DNA from: a virus
DNA length: 44,982 nt
Strand: one strand, 5' to 3'
UHGV virus genome: UHGV-0308808
Shown one piece after another: positions 17,003-25,947 of the stretch. A program made the translations under genes and the position numbers. The notes beneath the pieces were generated by a model. The model was not told the DNA's origin, made no database searches, and saw only the letters and a program-made list of their open reading frames with translations. Every line of letters starts with the position of its first letter. Within the stretch, counting starts at the first letter, position 1.

Positions 17003-17265
17003 TGGATTTTAATTTAGTGTATAAAACAAATGAGGTAATGCAGGATATACCTAGGATTATAGAAGTTGAAGAAGGGGAATATACAACTGTTCTAAATGTT
17101 GAAGATGAGATAATTTTATCTGGAATACAGTTTGACAAAAGAGAAATAACAGAGCAGCAGAGATTAAAAATTCTTAGGCAACTCAATAAATTAGAAAAAA
17201 TTTTAAAAATAAATCATATGATAATCAATCAAAGAGGAGTCTTATTTCAAGGAGAAACTAAATGA
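17002..17265 (+). CDS. hypothetical protein
   Basis: 87-aa ORF. Confidence 0.35.
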   Translation: MDFNLVYKTNEVMQDIPRIIEVEEGEYTTVLNVEDEIILSGIQFDKREITEQQRLKILRQLNKLEKILKINHMIINQRGVLFQGETK

Positions 17266-17489
17266 AGAATAGTAAAAAAATATTAGAGCTAATAGCTATA
17301 TATGAAAATGATAAGGAAGTCTGTTTTGGTATTGATACTGATGTTTCTCTTACAGAAGAGGAATGCAATGAGATTATAAAAATATATAGTAGGGCTTTTG
17401 CCAGAAAGCATGGAATTGAAAAAGAAAAAATAGAAAAAATAGAAAATATGAAACCATACGAATTTATAGAAATTAAACACGATAATTAG
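17262..17489 (+). CDS. hypothetical protein
   Basis: 75-aa ORF. Confidence 0.35.
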   Translation: MKNSKKILELIAIYENDKEVCFGIDTDVSLTEEECNEIIKIYSRAFARKHGIEKEKIEKIENMKPYEFIEIKHDN

Positions 17490-17498
17490 AGGTGAAGG

Positions 17499-17705
17499 AT
17501 GAAGTTTAATGTAGACAATTTAGAACAGTATAAAAAAAATATCTTAAAAAAGAAAAAGGGGTGTAAATTTGACAATAATATATCTATTTATCTCTTAGAT
17601 GGACAATGGATTTTTGCTATAAGAAATAGAATAAGAGTTAGAAATAAAGATTGGGAAGAATTTAAATTGAGCGTTGCTGCTGTTGACTTGGGAGGTAAAA
17701 GATAA
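17499..17705 (+). CDS. hypothetical protein
   Basis: 68 aa. RBS is GAGGTGAAGG. Confidence 0.35.
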   Translation: MKFNVDNLEQYKKNILKKKKGCKFDNNISIYLLDGQWIFAIRNRIRVRNKDWEEFKLSVAAVDLGGKR

Positions 17706-18283
17706 TGAGAGATCTACAATTTAGAGGATTTGATTTAGAAACAAAGAGTTGGCATTATGGCTATTATATAAAACATATTGATTCTACTCCCTGCATATTC
17801 TCCTCAGAAGCAGAATGGGAAAAATGGCACGAAGAACATACTGAATATTTAATTGCTTTTGATGGGTTTTCAGATTGGTGGATGCCTAGAGGAATTAAAG
17901 TTGCAAATAAAATAGATCCAAAATCATTGGGACAAGATAGTGGTTGGAGAGATAAAAATTGTAAAAGTATTTATGAAGGTGATATTTTAAAAATAGAAAC
18001 AGAAGATGGAGAAACTGCTGTAGTTATTTGTAAATATGGAAAAATTAAAAGAAAGTTGTTACCTGAATTAGATTTAATTCCTACCTTGGAAGAATTATTA
18101 AATTCAATTTATAAATCTCCTGTGGTTGAAATTGATGGTTTTTATTTTGAAAGAGAAGATGGGACTAATACTTATCCAATAGTGTGTAATCATCTTGGAA
18201 AACATGATTGTCTTTCTATGGAAATTATTGGAAATGTTTATGAAAATAAAGATTTAGTAAAAGAGTTTTTTGAGGTTGATTAA
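17705..18283 (+). CDS. YopX-family phage protein
   Basis: The N-terminus MRDLQFRGFDLETKSWHYGYY matches the YopX signature (M.EIKFRAWDK...). Confidence 0.55.
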   Translation: MRDLQFRGFDLETKSWHYGYYIKHIDSTPCIFSSEAEWEKWHEEHTEYLIAFDGFSDWWMPRGIKVANKIDPKSLGQDSGWRDKNCKSIYEGDILKIETEDGETAVVICKYGKIKRKLLPELDLIPTLEELLNSIYKSPVVEIDGFYFEREDGTNTYPIVCNHLGKHDCLSMEIIGNVYENKDLVKEFFEVD

Positions 18284-18568
18284 ATGAGAATTTTAAAACT
18301 AGCAGTTAAAGAAAAGTATTTTAATGAAATAAAACAAGGTACTAAAACCGAAGAATATCGGCTAGTAAAAAAGTACTGGGGAAAAAGGCTCCTAAAAGAA
18401 TATGACGAAGTTCATATTACCCTAGGATATCCAAGAAAAGATGAAAAAGAAAAAATTTTAAAATTTAAATGGGCTAGTTATGAAGTAAAAACTATTCAAC
18501 ATGATGAATTTGGAGCTGCTCCTGTTAGAGTTTATGCTATCAAGCTGGAGGAAAGAATTTACGATTAA
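18284..18568 (+). CDS. ASCH/DUF3850-like protein
   Basis: MRILKLAVKEKYFNEIKQGTKTEEYRL resembles ASCH-like (DUF3850) N-termini. Confidence 0.4.
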   Translation: MRILKLAVKEKYFNEIKQGTKTEEYRLVKKYWGKRLLKEYDEVHITLGYPRKDEKEKILKFKWASYEVKTIQHDEFGAAPVRVYAIKLEERIYD

Positions 18569-18610
18569 ATAAAAAAGGACATTGGAAATTGAATAAAAAG
18601 TTGAGAAATA

Positions 18611-18690
18611 ACTTGTAATTAAAGGAATAGTAAGGTAATATACACACAACCTAAGAAATACAAGGCTAGAGAGCCAATAAGGAGGACATT
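18611..18690 (+). promoter_or_regulatory. conserved promoter-leader element, copy A. It comprises TTGTAA, a 17-bp spacer, TAATAT, and a 5'UTR with AAGGAGGA.
   Basis: Near-identical to 21584-21664 and 22084-22140. Confidence 0.5.
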
Positions 18691-19224
18691 ATGGAGTTTA
18701 TAACTAAATTAAAATTAGAGGATAAGGTTGTGGTCACAGATCCTTGCTACTGTTACGAACCACAAAGAGGGATAGTACTTTTGAATATCCAAGCTGGAGA
18801 ATATAAATGTTGTGTTATTTATAATAAAGAAAACAGAGTAAAAGAAGCAATAATTTTACATGAAAGCTTATCAATTTATGAGCAAGAAGGTTATTTGTGG
18901 TTACAGGATGGCTTCATTTATGTTGATGCTGCCATAGCTGGAGTGATTAATTATAGCTTACATGAAGAGATGAGAAGATGTAAAAATAGGAATGAAAAAA
19001 AATGGGAAGATAAATATTATAGAGAAATATGCGAGTTATTCTCCCAAGATACCGATGCTATATGTTTTAGAGAAAACTCTTTCATTACTAGTACTGGATG
19101 GGGTGATGGAAGATATGAAGTTTATGTTACTAAGAACAATAATAAAATCCTTGGTATAAAAATAATCTATGACGAGGATGAAGAAGAGTTTGAAGATGAC
19201 TGGGAAGATGAAGAAGAATACTAA
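18691..19224 (+). CDS. hypothetical protein with an acidic C-terminal tail (DEDEEEFEDDWEDEEEY)
   Basis: 177-aa ORF driven by promoter-leader copy A. Confidence 0.45.
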   Translation: MEFITKLKLEDKVVVTDPCYCYEPQRGIVLLNIQAGEYKCCVIYNKENRVKEAIILHESLSIYEQEGYLWLQDGFIYVDAAIAGVINYSLHEEMRRCKNRNEKKWEDKYYREICELFSQDTDAICFRENSFITSTGWGDGRYEVYVTKNNNKILGIKIIYDEDEEEFEDDWEDEEEY

Positions 19225-19243
19225 AAATAAAAATAAGTTATTT

Positions 19244-19270
19244 GAAGAGGGATTTTCCCTCTTCTTTTAA
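19244..19270 (+). terminator. rho-independent terminator
   Basis: GAAGAGGG-atttt-CCCTCTTC followed by TTTTAAT. Confidence 0.6.
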
Positions 19271-19375
19271 TACTGGAGGTAAATATGGATACTATTATTA
19301 GAAATGAAAATATAACACCTGAAGAGAAAAATACTATCTTAAGACTATTATTACAAGCAGCTAAAGAAGAATTAA

Positions 19376-20809
19376 ATGTCGAATAGTTCTTCTTTTCCTG
19401 CTAAAATTTCAGCTATTTATTGCAGGGAAAGCACAGAAAAGCAAAATATACAAAGTCTTATAGATATGTGTAAAAAAGCTGCTAAAAAAATAAATCTTCA
19501 AAATATAAAAGTTTATTATGATGTAGCATCTGGGTACAATAAAGACAGAGAACAATATAGTAAATTAAAAGAAGATATCCAAAATAATTTAGTTGATACT
19601 TTAGTATTGTATGAAAGTTCTAGGCTTACAAGAGATGAATTGGAGCATCATATATTTTATGGATTATTAAGAGTTCATAATGTTAAAGTTTATACTGTTA
19701 CACATGGTTGGTTAGACTTACAAGATGCTGATGATACCTTTCTGACTAATCTTTTAAATTTATTAGATGCTAGAGAGGGAAGGAAAACAGCTAAAAGAAG
19801 TAAGGACAGAATGACTGAATTAGCAGAGCAAGGGAGATGGACTGGAGGACCAGCTCCCTTGGGATATAAATTAGTTAATAAAGAGCTGGTAATAGTTCCA
19901 GAGGATGCAGAAAAGGTTAAAACTATTTTTAAACTTTTTCTTGATGGAAAAACCAGACAATCCATTGCTAATTTTTTTGGATATGAAGTAAAAAAGGTTA
20001 GAAGATTATTAGAAAATCCCGTCTACATTGGAAAATTAAAATTCCATTCTGTTGAAATAATTAATAAGAAAAAAATTCTTCATAAAGATTATAAAGTGTT
20101 GAATGGGATCCATGAGCCTATTATAGATGAAAGTACTTTTTCCCTGGTACAAGGTAAATTAAAAAATATTAAGGTTGAAAGAAATACAGATGTATATATC
20201 TTTAAAGATTTAATAAAATGTACTTGTGGAAGAAAGATGTATCGGGTTGTAAATAAATATAATTATTTAAAAAAATCAACCAATGAAATTTCTAGAAAAA
20301 CAGAGAACCTATATTATTGTAGAACTTCTGATAAATATAAAAGTCTTGGGTGTGGTGCTATTGGTATTCATGAAGAAGAGTTATTTGAAGAAGTTATGGC
20401 TTCTTTAAAAAAAATTATTTTTTCTTTAGAAGTAGAGAACATTGATACCAAATTTGATGATTATCAATCTCAATTAGTTCTTTATAAAAAAGAGTTGGCT
20501 TCTCTCTCTGGAAAAGAAGAACTCCTAGCCAGGCAGTTATTAAACTCTCTTATATCTGAGGAAGTTTTCGAAAAGTTAATGAAAGAGTTAAAAGAAAAAA
20601 AGGCGTTCCTGGAGGAAAAAATCAAAAATTTAACTACATTAATTACTAATAAAAAAAATACTAATAAAAATTCAGAGATATTAAAAAAATATTTTTTTAA
20701 ATTAGAAAAGGAAAAAGCTCCAGAAAAAATAAATAATTTTTTAAAACTTATAATAGATGAAATCGAAATGGTAAATGATTATAGATTCTACATCCATTTA
20801 AAATTTTAG
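19376..20809 (+). CDS. large serine recombinase (resolvase/invertase catalytic domain, recombinase domain and zinc ribbon)
   Basis: The N-terminus has AIYCRESTEKQ, the serine-recombinase catalytic motif. C-terminal Cys clusters are CTCGRKMY and YYCRTSDKYKSLGC. Length is 477 aa. Confidence 0.8.
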   Translation: MSNSSSFPAKISAIYCRESTEKQNIQSLIDMCKKAAKKINLQNIKVYYDVASGYNKDREQYSKLKEDIQNNLVDTLVLYESSRLTRDELEHHIFYGLLRVHNVKVYTVTHGWLDLQDADDTFLTNLLNLLDAREGRKTAKRSKDRMTELAEQGRWTGGPAPLGYKLVNKELVIVPEDAEKVKTIFKLFLDGKTRQSIANFFGYEVKKVRRLLENPVYIGKLKFHSVEIINKKKILHKDYKVLNGIHEPIIDESTFSLVQGKLKNIKVERNTDVYIFKDLIKCTCGRKMYRVVNKYNYLKKSTNEISRKTENLYYCRTSDKYKSLGCGAIGIHEEELFEEVMASLKKIIFSLEVENIDTKFDDYQSQLVLYKKELASLSGKEELLARQLLNSLISEEVFEKLMKELKEKKAFLEEKIKNLTTLITNKKNTNKNSEILKKYFFKLEKEKAPEKINNFLKLIIDEIEMVNDYRFYIHLKF

Positions 20810-20817
20810 GAGCGGCT

Positions 20818-21381
20818 ATGTTAATAATAAAAGAGAAAATTTTGGAAAAATATTCAATTTTGGAATTAAAAAAGATCTTTGGAAGTTGGTTCTTATATTT
20901 TAAAAGAAGTGATTTTAAAGGCGAGCTGTATAATATAACCTCTTATTTAACTATAAATAATTTGGATTATTCTCTTGAAGAATTTAAGAAAGATTATCCC
21001 AAATTATCAAATAATAAAGAGATAGCAACTATCTTTAAATTATATAAAAGCGGGTTTTCACTTCGTACCTGGGGTATTAAATTCAATAAAGATATTAATC
21101 ATTTAAAAAAACAATTGAAGGATGGTTATATTTACAACTCAACATCTATACCTAAAGAGTTTTTAAAATATGTAGATATAGCTATTGATACTTCAGATTT
21201 CAAAATAGAGTTATATAAAAAGCATATAGAACTCTATGGAGAAAAAGAAAAACTTGAAGCTTTTAGAAGAACATACTCTTTAAAAGAAAGAGTATATTTT
21301 GAAAAATATAAAAATTCTTATCACCTAGCTTTCAAAGGCTTCTTAGCTGATTATATTTCTTATAAAGAAAGAGAGGAATAA
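20818..21381 (+). CDS. hypothetical protein
   Basis: 187 aa. RBS is AGGAG. Confidence 0.4.
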   Translation: MLIIKEKILEKYSILELKKIFGSWFLYFKRSDFKGELYNITSYLTINNLDYSLEEFKKDYPKLSNNKEIATIFKLYKSGFSLRTWGIKFNKDINHLKKQLKDGYIYNSTSIPKEFLKYVDIAIDTSDFKIELYKKHIELYGEKEKLEAFRRTYSLKERVYFEKYKNSYHLAFKGFLADYISYKEREE

Positions 21382-21405
21382 TTTAATTATCCTCTCTTTT
21401 CTTTA
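21369..21405 (+). terminator. stem-loop AAGAGAGGA...TCCTCTCTT followed by a T-rich tract
   Basis: 9-bp stem spanning the stop codon of 20818..21381. Confidence 0.45.
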
Positions 21406-21583
21406 TGTTTTATTCGTTTGTATTTTCGGTTTTTTTCTTGCGGAAAAGACCAATTCCATCTCCAAATGGTTGCTGGTTTAATAAAAAAATAAATATATCT
21501 ATGCCCCCAGCATTTCTCCTTTATTACTAATTATAGCATTTCTAATTTTAATAAACAATATTTTTCTAATTTCCTTAGAAATG

Positions 21584-21664
21584 ACTTGTAATTAAAAGAA
21601 TAGTAAGGTAATATACACACAACCTAAGAAATACAAGGCTAGAGAGCCAATAAGGAGGATTATA
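21584..21664 (+). promoter_or_regulatory. conserved promoter-leader element, copy B
   Basis: ACTTGTAATTAAAAGAATAGTAAGGTAATATACACACAACCTAAGAAATACAAGGCTAGAGAGCCAATAAGGAGGA. Confidence 0.5.
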
Positions 21665-22045
21665 ATGGAATATAAAGATTATAGGGATTATATGTATGAT
21701 GATTTAGAAAAAAGAGAAGAAAATTTAAAAATAATAGCTGAAATTGCAGGAGATATGTTTGATGATTTCCTGGAAAAAACACAAAGGCAATATGAAAGAG
21801 GAAGCTTATATCTTGTGGCTGAACTAGAAGTGAATGATGAATTAGAAAATTATATTGAAATGGACAAAGAAGAATTAAAAGTTTTCTATGCTACTACATT
21901 AAGAACTTTAAAAAAGTTTTTAGGTGATGACCTAAATGGAATGGGAATTTTTGAAAGTTATTCAATAATTGAAAGGATTAAATATTCATATACGGGTAAA
22001 GTAAAAAAGATTATTTTAACTGTAGAAACAACTGTAAAAAGTTAG
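21665..22045 (+). CDS. hypothetical protein
   Basis: 126-aa ORF driven by promoter-leader copy B. Confidence 0.45.
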   Translation: MEYKDYRDYMYDDLEKREENLKIIAEIAGDMFDDFLEKTQRQYERGSLYLVAELEVNDELENYIEMDKEELKVFYATTLRTLKKFLGDDLNGMGIFESYSIIERIKYSYTGKVKKIILTVETTVKS

Positions 22046-22083
22046 TGGGAATCCACTAACTTTTATTTTACTTTTCATAAATA

Positions 22084-22140
22084 ACTTGCAATTAAGAGAA
22101 TAGTAAGGTAATATACACACAACCTAAGAAATATAGAGGA
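22084..22140 (+). promoter_or_regulatory. conserved promoter-leader element, copy C (truncated leader)
   Basis: ACTTGCAATTAAGAGAATAGTAAGGTAATATACACACAACCTAAGAAATA followed by TAGAGGAG. Confidence 0.45.
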
Positions 22141-22149
22141 GTGATGAAA

Positions 22150-22755
22150 ATGGAAATTAAAAAATTAAAATTTATTTCAAAAGTTAAAGATTTAAAAGAG
22201 TATATGGAAAGAGTTCAAGAACCAAAATATGTTGAAGAGGAAGAGGTAGCTATTATAAAAACTATAACACTTTCAATTAAAGAATTCAAAAAATTTACTA
22301 GTGATTTTTTTGAAACTCAAGATTTTTTAATAAATACTTGTGATTGGTTAGAACAAGAAAAAGTTTTCACGGCAGTAAGAGTAACTGATGGAGCTACTAA
22401 AATCGTAGTTTATACTTATGGAAATAAGTATGCTAGATATGTGGCTGTTGAAGTAGAACCAAAAATTGAAATAAAAACCTTATCCTTTGCTAGTAAACCT
22501 TCTGATATTGTAGAAGCCAAAAATACTAAATATAGAGAAAGAAGTACTGTGGCAATTGTAAAAACAATTATTTTATCTAAAAAAGAGTTTCTGGCTTTTA
22601 TAAATGACTTTTTCCATGAATGGAGTTTTTTAAAAGAAACTTGTATAGAATTAGAGGATGGTATTTTTACAGCTGTAAGAATAACTGATGGGGTTACTAA
22701 AATTGTAGTAGATACTCAAGGATTCAATTATGCTAGATATGTAGCACTAGAATAG
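22150..22755 (+). CDS. hypothetical protein made of two tandem ~95-aa homologous domains. The likely start is ATG at 22150 (MEIKK), since GTG 22141 and ATG 22144 are too close to the RBS.
   Basis: Internal duplication: VAIIKTITLSIKEFKKF...FTAVRVTDGATKIVVYTYGNKYARYVAVE versus VAIVKTIILSKKEFLAF...FTAVRITDGVTKIVVDTQGFNYARYVALE. Confidence 0.45.
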   Translation: MEIKKLKFISKVKDLKEYMERVQEPKYVEEEEVAIIKTITLSIKEFKKFTSDFFETQDFLINTCDWLEQEKVFTAVRVTDGATKIVVYTYGNKYARYVAVEVEPKIEIKTLSFASKPSDIVEAKNTKYRERSTVAIVKTIILSKKEFLAFINDFFHEWSFLKETCIELEDGIFTAVRITDGVTKIVVDTQGFNYARYVALE

Positions 22756-22785
22756 GAAAAGCCTAGCTGAGCTAGGCTTTTTTTA
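22756..22785. terminator. bidirectional rho-independent terminator between the convergent plus-strand early operon and the minus-strand lysis operon
   Basis: AAAAGCCTAGC-tga-GCTAGGCTTTTTTT, with an A-tract 5' and a T-tract 3'. Confidence 0.65.
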
Positions 22786-23250
22786 CTTTTTCTTATATTC
22801 TTGATATTGCACCAGAACTTTTTTTAACTTTTCTGGAATAGGTAACCCACATAATGAGGCATTTTCTAATATTGATAAGCCTTCATTAGAGATAAAAACT
22901 CCTATTGCTAAAGTTTTAATAGCAAGTTTCCCATTGAAAAGAATATCTAATTGATAAGCTAAAACTATAACTAATATTATCATAACTTTTTTCAAAATTC
23001 CTATTACTCCAGCTTTAGAATTAGCTGTACAAGTAACAAATGCTTTAATAACTCCCGATAGATAGTCTACAGTCATAAGAATTAGAAGAATTCTCATTGC
23101 TTCATCTTGCCCCCCTGTAACAAGAAAAATAAAAGCTACTAGACTTCCAAACCCTATTGTTATACCATTACCTAATATTTTAATAACATCAACTATAAGA
23201 AGAATAAAATTCCCAAATATTTCTCCTATTGTTTTAATAATTTCTCCCAT
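22783..23250 (-). CDS. holin (Phage_holin_4 / phiLC3-TcdE-like family)
   Basis: 155 aa with multiple TM segments. The LTGGQDEAMRILLILMTVDYLSG segment is typical of this holin family. It is adjacent to the endolysin. Confidence 0.6.
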   Translation of the reverse strand: MGEIIKTIGEIFGNFILLIVDVIKILGNGITIGFGSLVAFIFLVTGGQDEAMRILLILMTVDYLSGVIKAFVTCTANSKAGVIGILKKVMIILVIVLAYQLDILFNGKLAIKTLAIGVFISNEGLSILENASLCGLPIPEKLKKVLVQYQEYKKK

Positions 23251-23265
23251 ACTTCCCTCTCTTCT

Positions 23266-23520
23266 TTAATTGCCAAGTGCATAATTTATTAATTTATCTA
23301 ATACTTCAAACCAATAAGGTGTAATAGCTAGTTTAGGGAATAACGAAGCTAATACACACATTAAAAATGTTCCTACGAAAATAAAAATCAATCCTTTAGA
23401 AAAAGCATTTATTTTTTTTATTTCAATGTCTTGAGATTTTTCTCCACTCTTTGCTTTTTTAGAAAATAAGTCAATTAATTTATTAGCACAAAATCCCATA
23501 AAAGCTATTATTTTAGACAT
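23266..23520 (-). CDS. small membrane protein (possible second holin/antiholin)
   Basis: 84 aa with two hydrophobic segments. It lies between endolysin and holin. Confidence 0.35.
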   Translation of the reverse strand: MSKIIAFMGFCANKLIDLFSKKAKSGEKSQDIEIKKINAFSKGLIFIFVGTFLMCVLASLFPKLAITPYWFEVLDKLINYALGN

Positions 23521-23543
23521 AACTCTCTCCTTCCATCTATTTT

Positions 23544-23972
23544 TTATTTATTTATCCAATTCATACCTCTTTCTTGAGATTTGTCTAGTTTAAATCCAAA
23601 ATGCACAAAGTTTTGTCTTGGGTAGTAAATCAACTGGTCAAATTGAATTTTCCCTTCTTGCTTTAATTTAAGAGCCTTCTCATAGATTTTTTTTGAAGTC
23701 ATCTTATTACTATGAACATCTACTGCCAATCCAAATCTATGAGCTGAAGTTTTAGAGCCGTCAACAGCTTTGTTTAACTCTTCACATCTAAACCAAGATA
23801 AAACTATTAAAGGAACTCCTAAAAGTTCTCTAATATAATCCATTCTAGTAGCTGTGTATTGGATATAATTTTTTTCTTGTTCATTAGGGATATTTTTAAT
23901 TTTTAATGCTTTTCCTGTTGCTGATACTGTTGTTTCTTTTTCTGTAAAATATTTACTATTTAACATCTTCAT
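23544..23972 (-). CDS. endolysin, peptidase M15 (D-Ala-D-Ala / L-Ala-D-Glu peptidase-like)
   Basis: SWFRCEELNKAVDGSKTSAHRFGLAVDV matches the M15 zinc-binding signature (SGYRS..N..VGG...SQH..G.A.D). Confidence 0.7.
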   Translation of the reverse strand: MKMLNSKYFTEKETTVSATGKALKIKNIPNEQEKNYIQYTATRMDYIRELLGVPLIVLSWFRCEELNKAVDGSKTSAHRFGLAVDVHSNKMTSKKIYEKALKLKQEGKIQFDQLIYYPRQNFVHFGFKLDKSQERGMNWINK

Positions 23973-24126
23973 CTTCTCCTTTTTTAGCTTTTAATTTAAA
24001 ACTATCTATATAATCTTTAGTTCCTTCTTTAAAAGGTCTTTTAAAAAAGTTGGCTCTTATATGTAGTACTTCAAGTGCACTTAAAATTACTAAAAATATT
24101 GTTATTATTATCCATACTTTTGTCAT
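23956..24126 (-). CDS. small TM protein (56 aa) overlapping the endolysin start; not in the ORF track
   Basis: MTKVWIIITIFLVILSALEVLHIRANFFKRPFKEGTKDYIDSFKLKAKKGEDEDVK has an N-terminal TM helix and a charged tail. Confidence 0.3.
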   Translation of the reverse strand: MTKVWIIITIFLVILSALEVLHIRANFFKRPFKEGTKDYIDSFKLKAKKGEDEDVK

Positions 24127-24139
24127 TTATCTTCACTCC

Positions 24140-24673
24140 TTATAAACTTTTTACTATGTCTGCTATCTTATTGATTTCAACTTCTAGTTCTTGCATCTTT
24201 TCTATAATTAGTTGTATTTCCTCTTGAGTACTAAATTTAGAATTTTCCAAAGCTTTTTTATTCTCCTCAAGCTTTGAATATTCCAGTATCTTATCAGCTC
24301 TCATTTTAACAAACTCATCATGTGTAGTTCCTTCATACCAGATATGATTTTCTTTATCCCAAGCCTTTTTGTAATATCCTAATTTCTCATCATACTCAAC
24401 TTTAATAAGCTTTCCATTTTCTATATATTCTCCATCATCAAGAACTATAATTCCCTCTATTTTTAGTTCTTCTTGAGTTTTTTCTCTAATCAAATTAGTT
24501 TCTTTATCTATAATAGGATATTGTAATTTATCTTTAGAAGCATACATTCCCTCTTCATTCCAAATTGGATAAAACTCTTGAGGATTCTCTATAAACTCTT
24601 CATAATTAGTAACATATGGTTGCCCTATTAGTTCAAGTTCTTTGTTGTAAATGTAAACTATTATATTCTCCAT
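24140..24673 (-). CDS. hypothetical protein
   Basis: 177-aa ORF between the recombinase and the lysis genes. Confidence 0.4.
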   Translation of the reverse strand: MENIIVYIYNKELELIGQPYVTNYEEFIENPQEFYPIWNEEGMYASKDKLQYPIIDKETNLIREKTQEELKIEGIIVLDDGEYIENGKLIKVEYDEKLGYYKKAWDKENHIWYEGTTHDEFVKMRADKILEYSKLEENKKALENSKFSTQEEIQLIIEKMQELEVEINKIADIVKSL

Positions 24674-24920
24674 GATTTTCTCCTTTTTTTCTTATTTTAT
24701 GTGTAAATTATTGAATTTCATCAAAGATTAAAAAAATTTAAAATGTAAAACTCTTTATAAAATATAGATTTCTAAACTTTCGAAATAAATTAGCAAATAC
24801 TTTTTGAAGTAGAAGTAATTTTTATTAAAAAATATAGAAAGCTAAGTAAAATAAGACTTTTTAATCTTTAAAAAATTTTAGTTTATGCATAAATTCAATA
24901 ATTTATTCAAATTTTTAGGC

Positions 24921-25880
24921 TTAAATTAGCCCTTTTTCTCTCTTTAATTGCCTAATTTTTTCTCTATTTTCTGCCCCTGTTTTTGCTTTAATATAATGCT
25001 CTCTAGTAGTATTTATATTATTATGATTAGCAAATTCAGAAGCTGTATTTATATCTGCTATATTCTTTAAAAGGTTTATAGCTGTTTTTCTGAGAGTATG
25101 AGGGTATAACTTATCATTTCCTAATAACTCTCCTATCTTTTTTATTCTACTTCTAATAGTAGATTGAGCCATCTGTCTACATTGTCCACCTTCCTTTGTT
25201 ATAAATAAATAATCTGATACTAAATTATTCTCTTTTCTATACTCTAGCCATTCTTGTAACACCTTTTCAGTATTATCAAGAAAAATTACATCAACTATCT
25301 TATTACCTTTTTCTTTTACATCTTTAAAATACCCCTCTTTTAAGTTTAATTGTGAAAGTTTTAAATTTTGTATTGCTGAAATTCTATTAGCACTTTCTAG
25401 GAATAATTCCCAAAGTAATCTAGATTGAATATCAAATTTCTTTGAATTATGTTGCATAAGTATTCTAGCTTTGATTATGTCCTCTATTGTAAGATAATAG
25501 CTTTCTCTTCTCTTATCAAAACTACCTTTTTTTAACCTATCTAATTTATGCTGAAATGGATGATGAGATATTAAATCTCTTTTCACACACCAGATATAGA
25601 ATGAAGAGATAGCTGTAAGCTTGTTATTTATTGTCTGATTATTGTTACCAGCTTCCCTACAATGATTTATATACCTCTCTAAAATAGAGACACAATTTTT
25701 TATTGTACTATCGCTTAATAATAGTCTATTCCCTTCATATTTCTGTAAATACTTCATATACTGTTTCATATTACTCTTATAAACTCTATAAGTAGTATTT
25801 AAAGTTTCATAGTTCCTTGCTTTGTTACTCTCTAAATACATTTGATAAACTTCCATATTAGCTTTGTTAAATTTTTCCAT
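24921..25880 (-). CDS. tyrosine site-specific recombinase, proposed shufflon recombinase (Rci-like role). The start is re-assigned to ATG 25880 (MEKFNK), preceded by AGGAGGA.
   Basis: Catalytic residues are conserved: the Arg in ESANRIS, the His/Arg in HTLRKTAIN, and the Tyr in REHY. The gene sits immediately next to the half-site at 25934-25947. Confidence 0.75.
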   Translation of the reverse strand: MEKFNKANMEVYQMYLESNKARNYETLNTTYRVYKSNMKQYMKYLQKYEGNRLLLSDSTIKNCVSILERYINHCREAGNNNQTINNKLTAISSFYIWCVKRDLISHHPFQHKLDRLKKGSFDKRRESYYLTIEDIIKARILMQHNSKKFDIQSRLLWELFLESANRISAIQNLKLSQLNLKEGYFKDVKEKGNKIVDVIFLDNTEKVLQEWLEYRKENNLVSDYLFITKEGGQCRQMAQSTIRSRIKKIGELLGNDKLYPHTLRKTAINLLKNIADINTASEFANHNNINTTREHYIKAKTGAENREKIRQLKREKGLI

Positions 25881-25933
25881 TTTGTTAAAATCCTCCTGTA
25901 ATTTAATTTTGACACTATATTGTATCAAATTTT

Positions 25934-25947
25934 AAATTACAGAATTT
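25934..25947 (+). repeat. crossover site 1 (boundary half-site, AAATTACAGAATTT on the plus strand)
   Basis: Read directly. The left arm is degenerate. Confidence 0.8.

Noticed and set aside
24921-25928. Tyrosine recombinase as the prophage integrase, with an attP next to it
   Set aside because: The adjacent sequence is a crossover site repeated six times inside the fiber cassette array, not a unique attP. The window is circular without host flanks, and a separate large serine recombinase exists.
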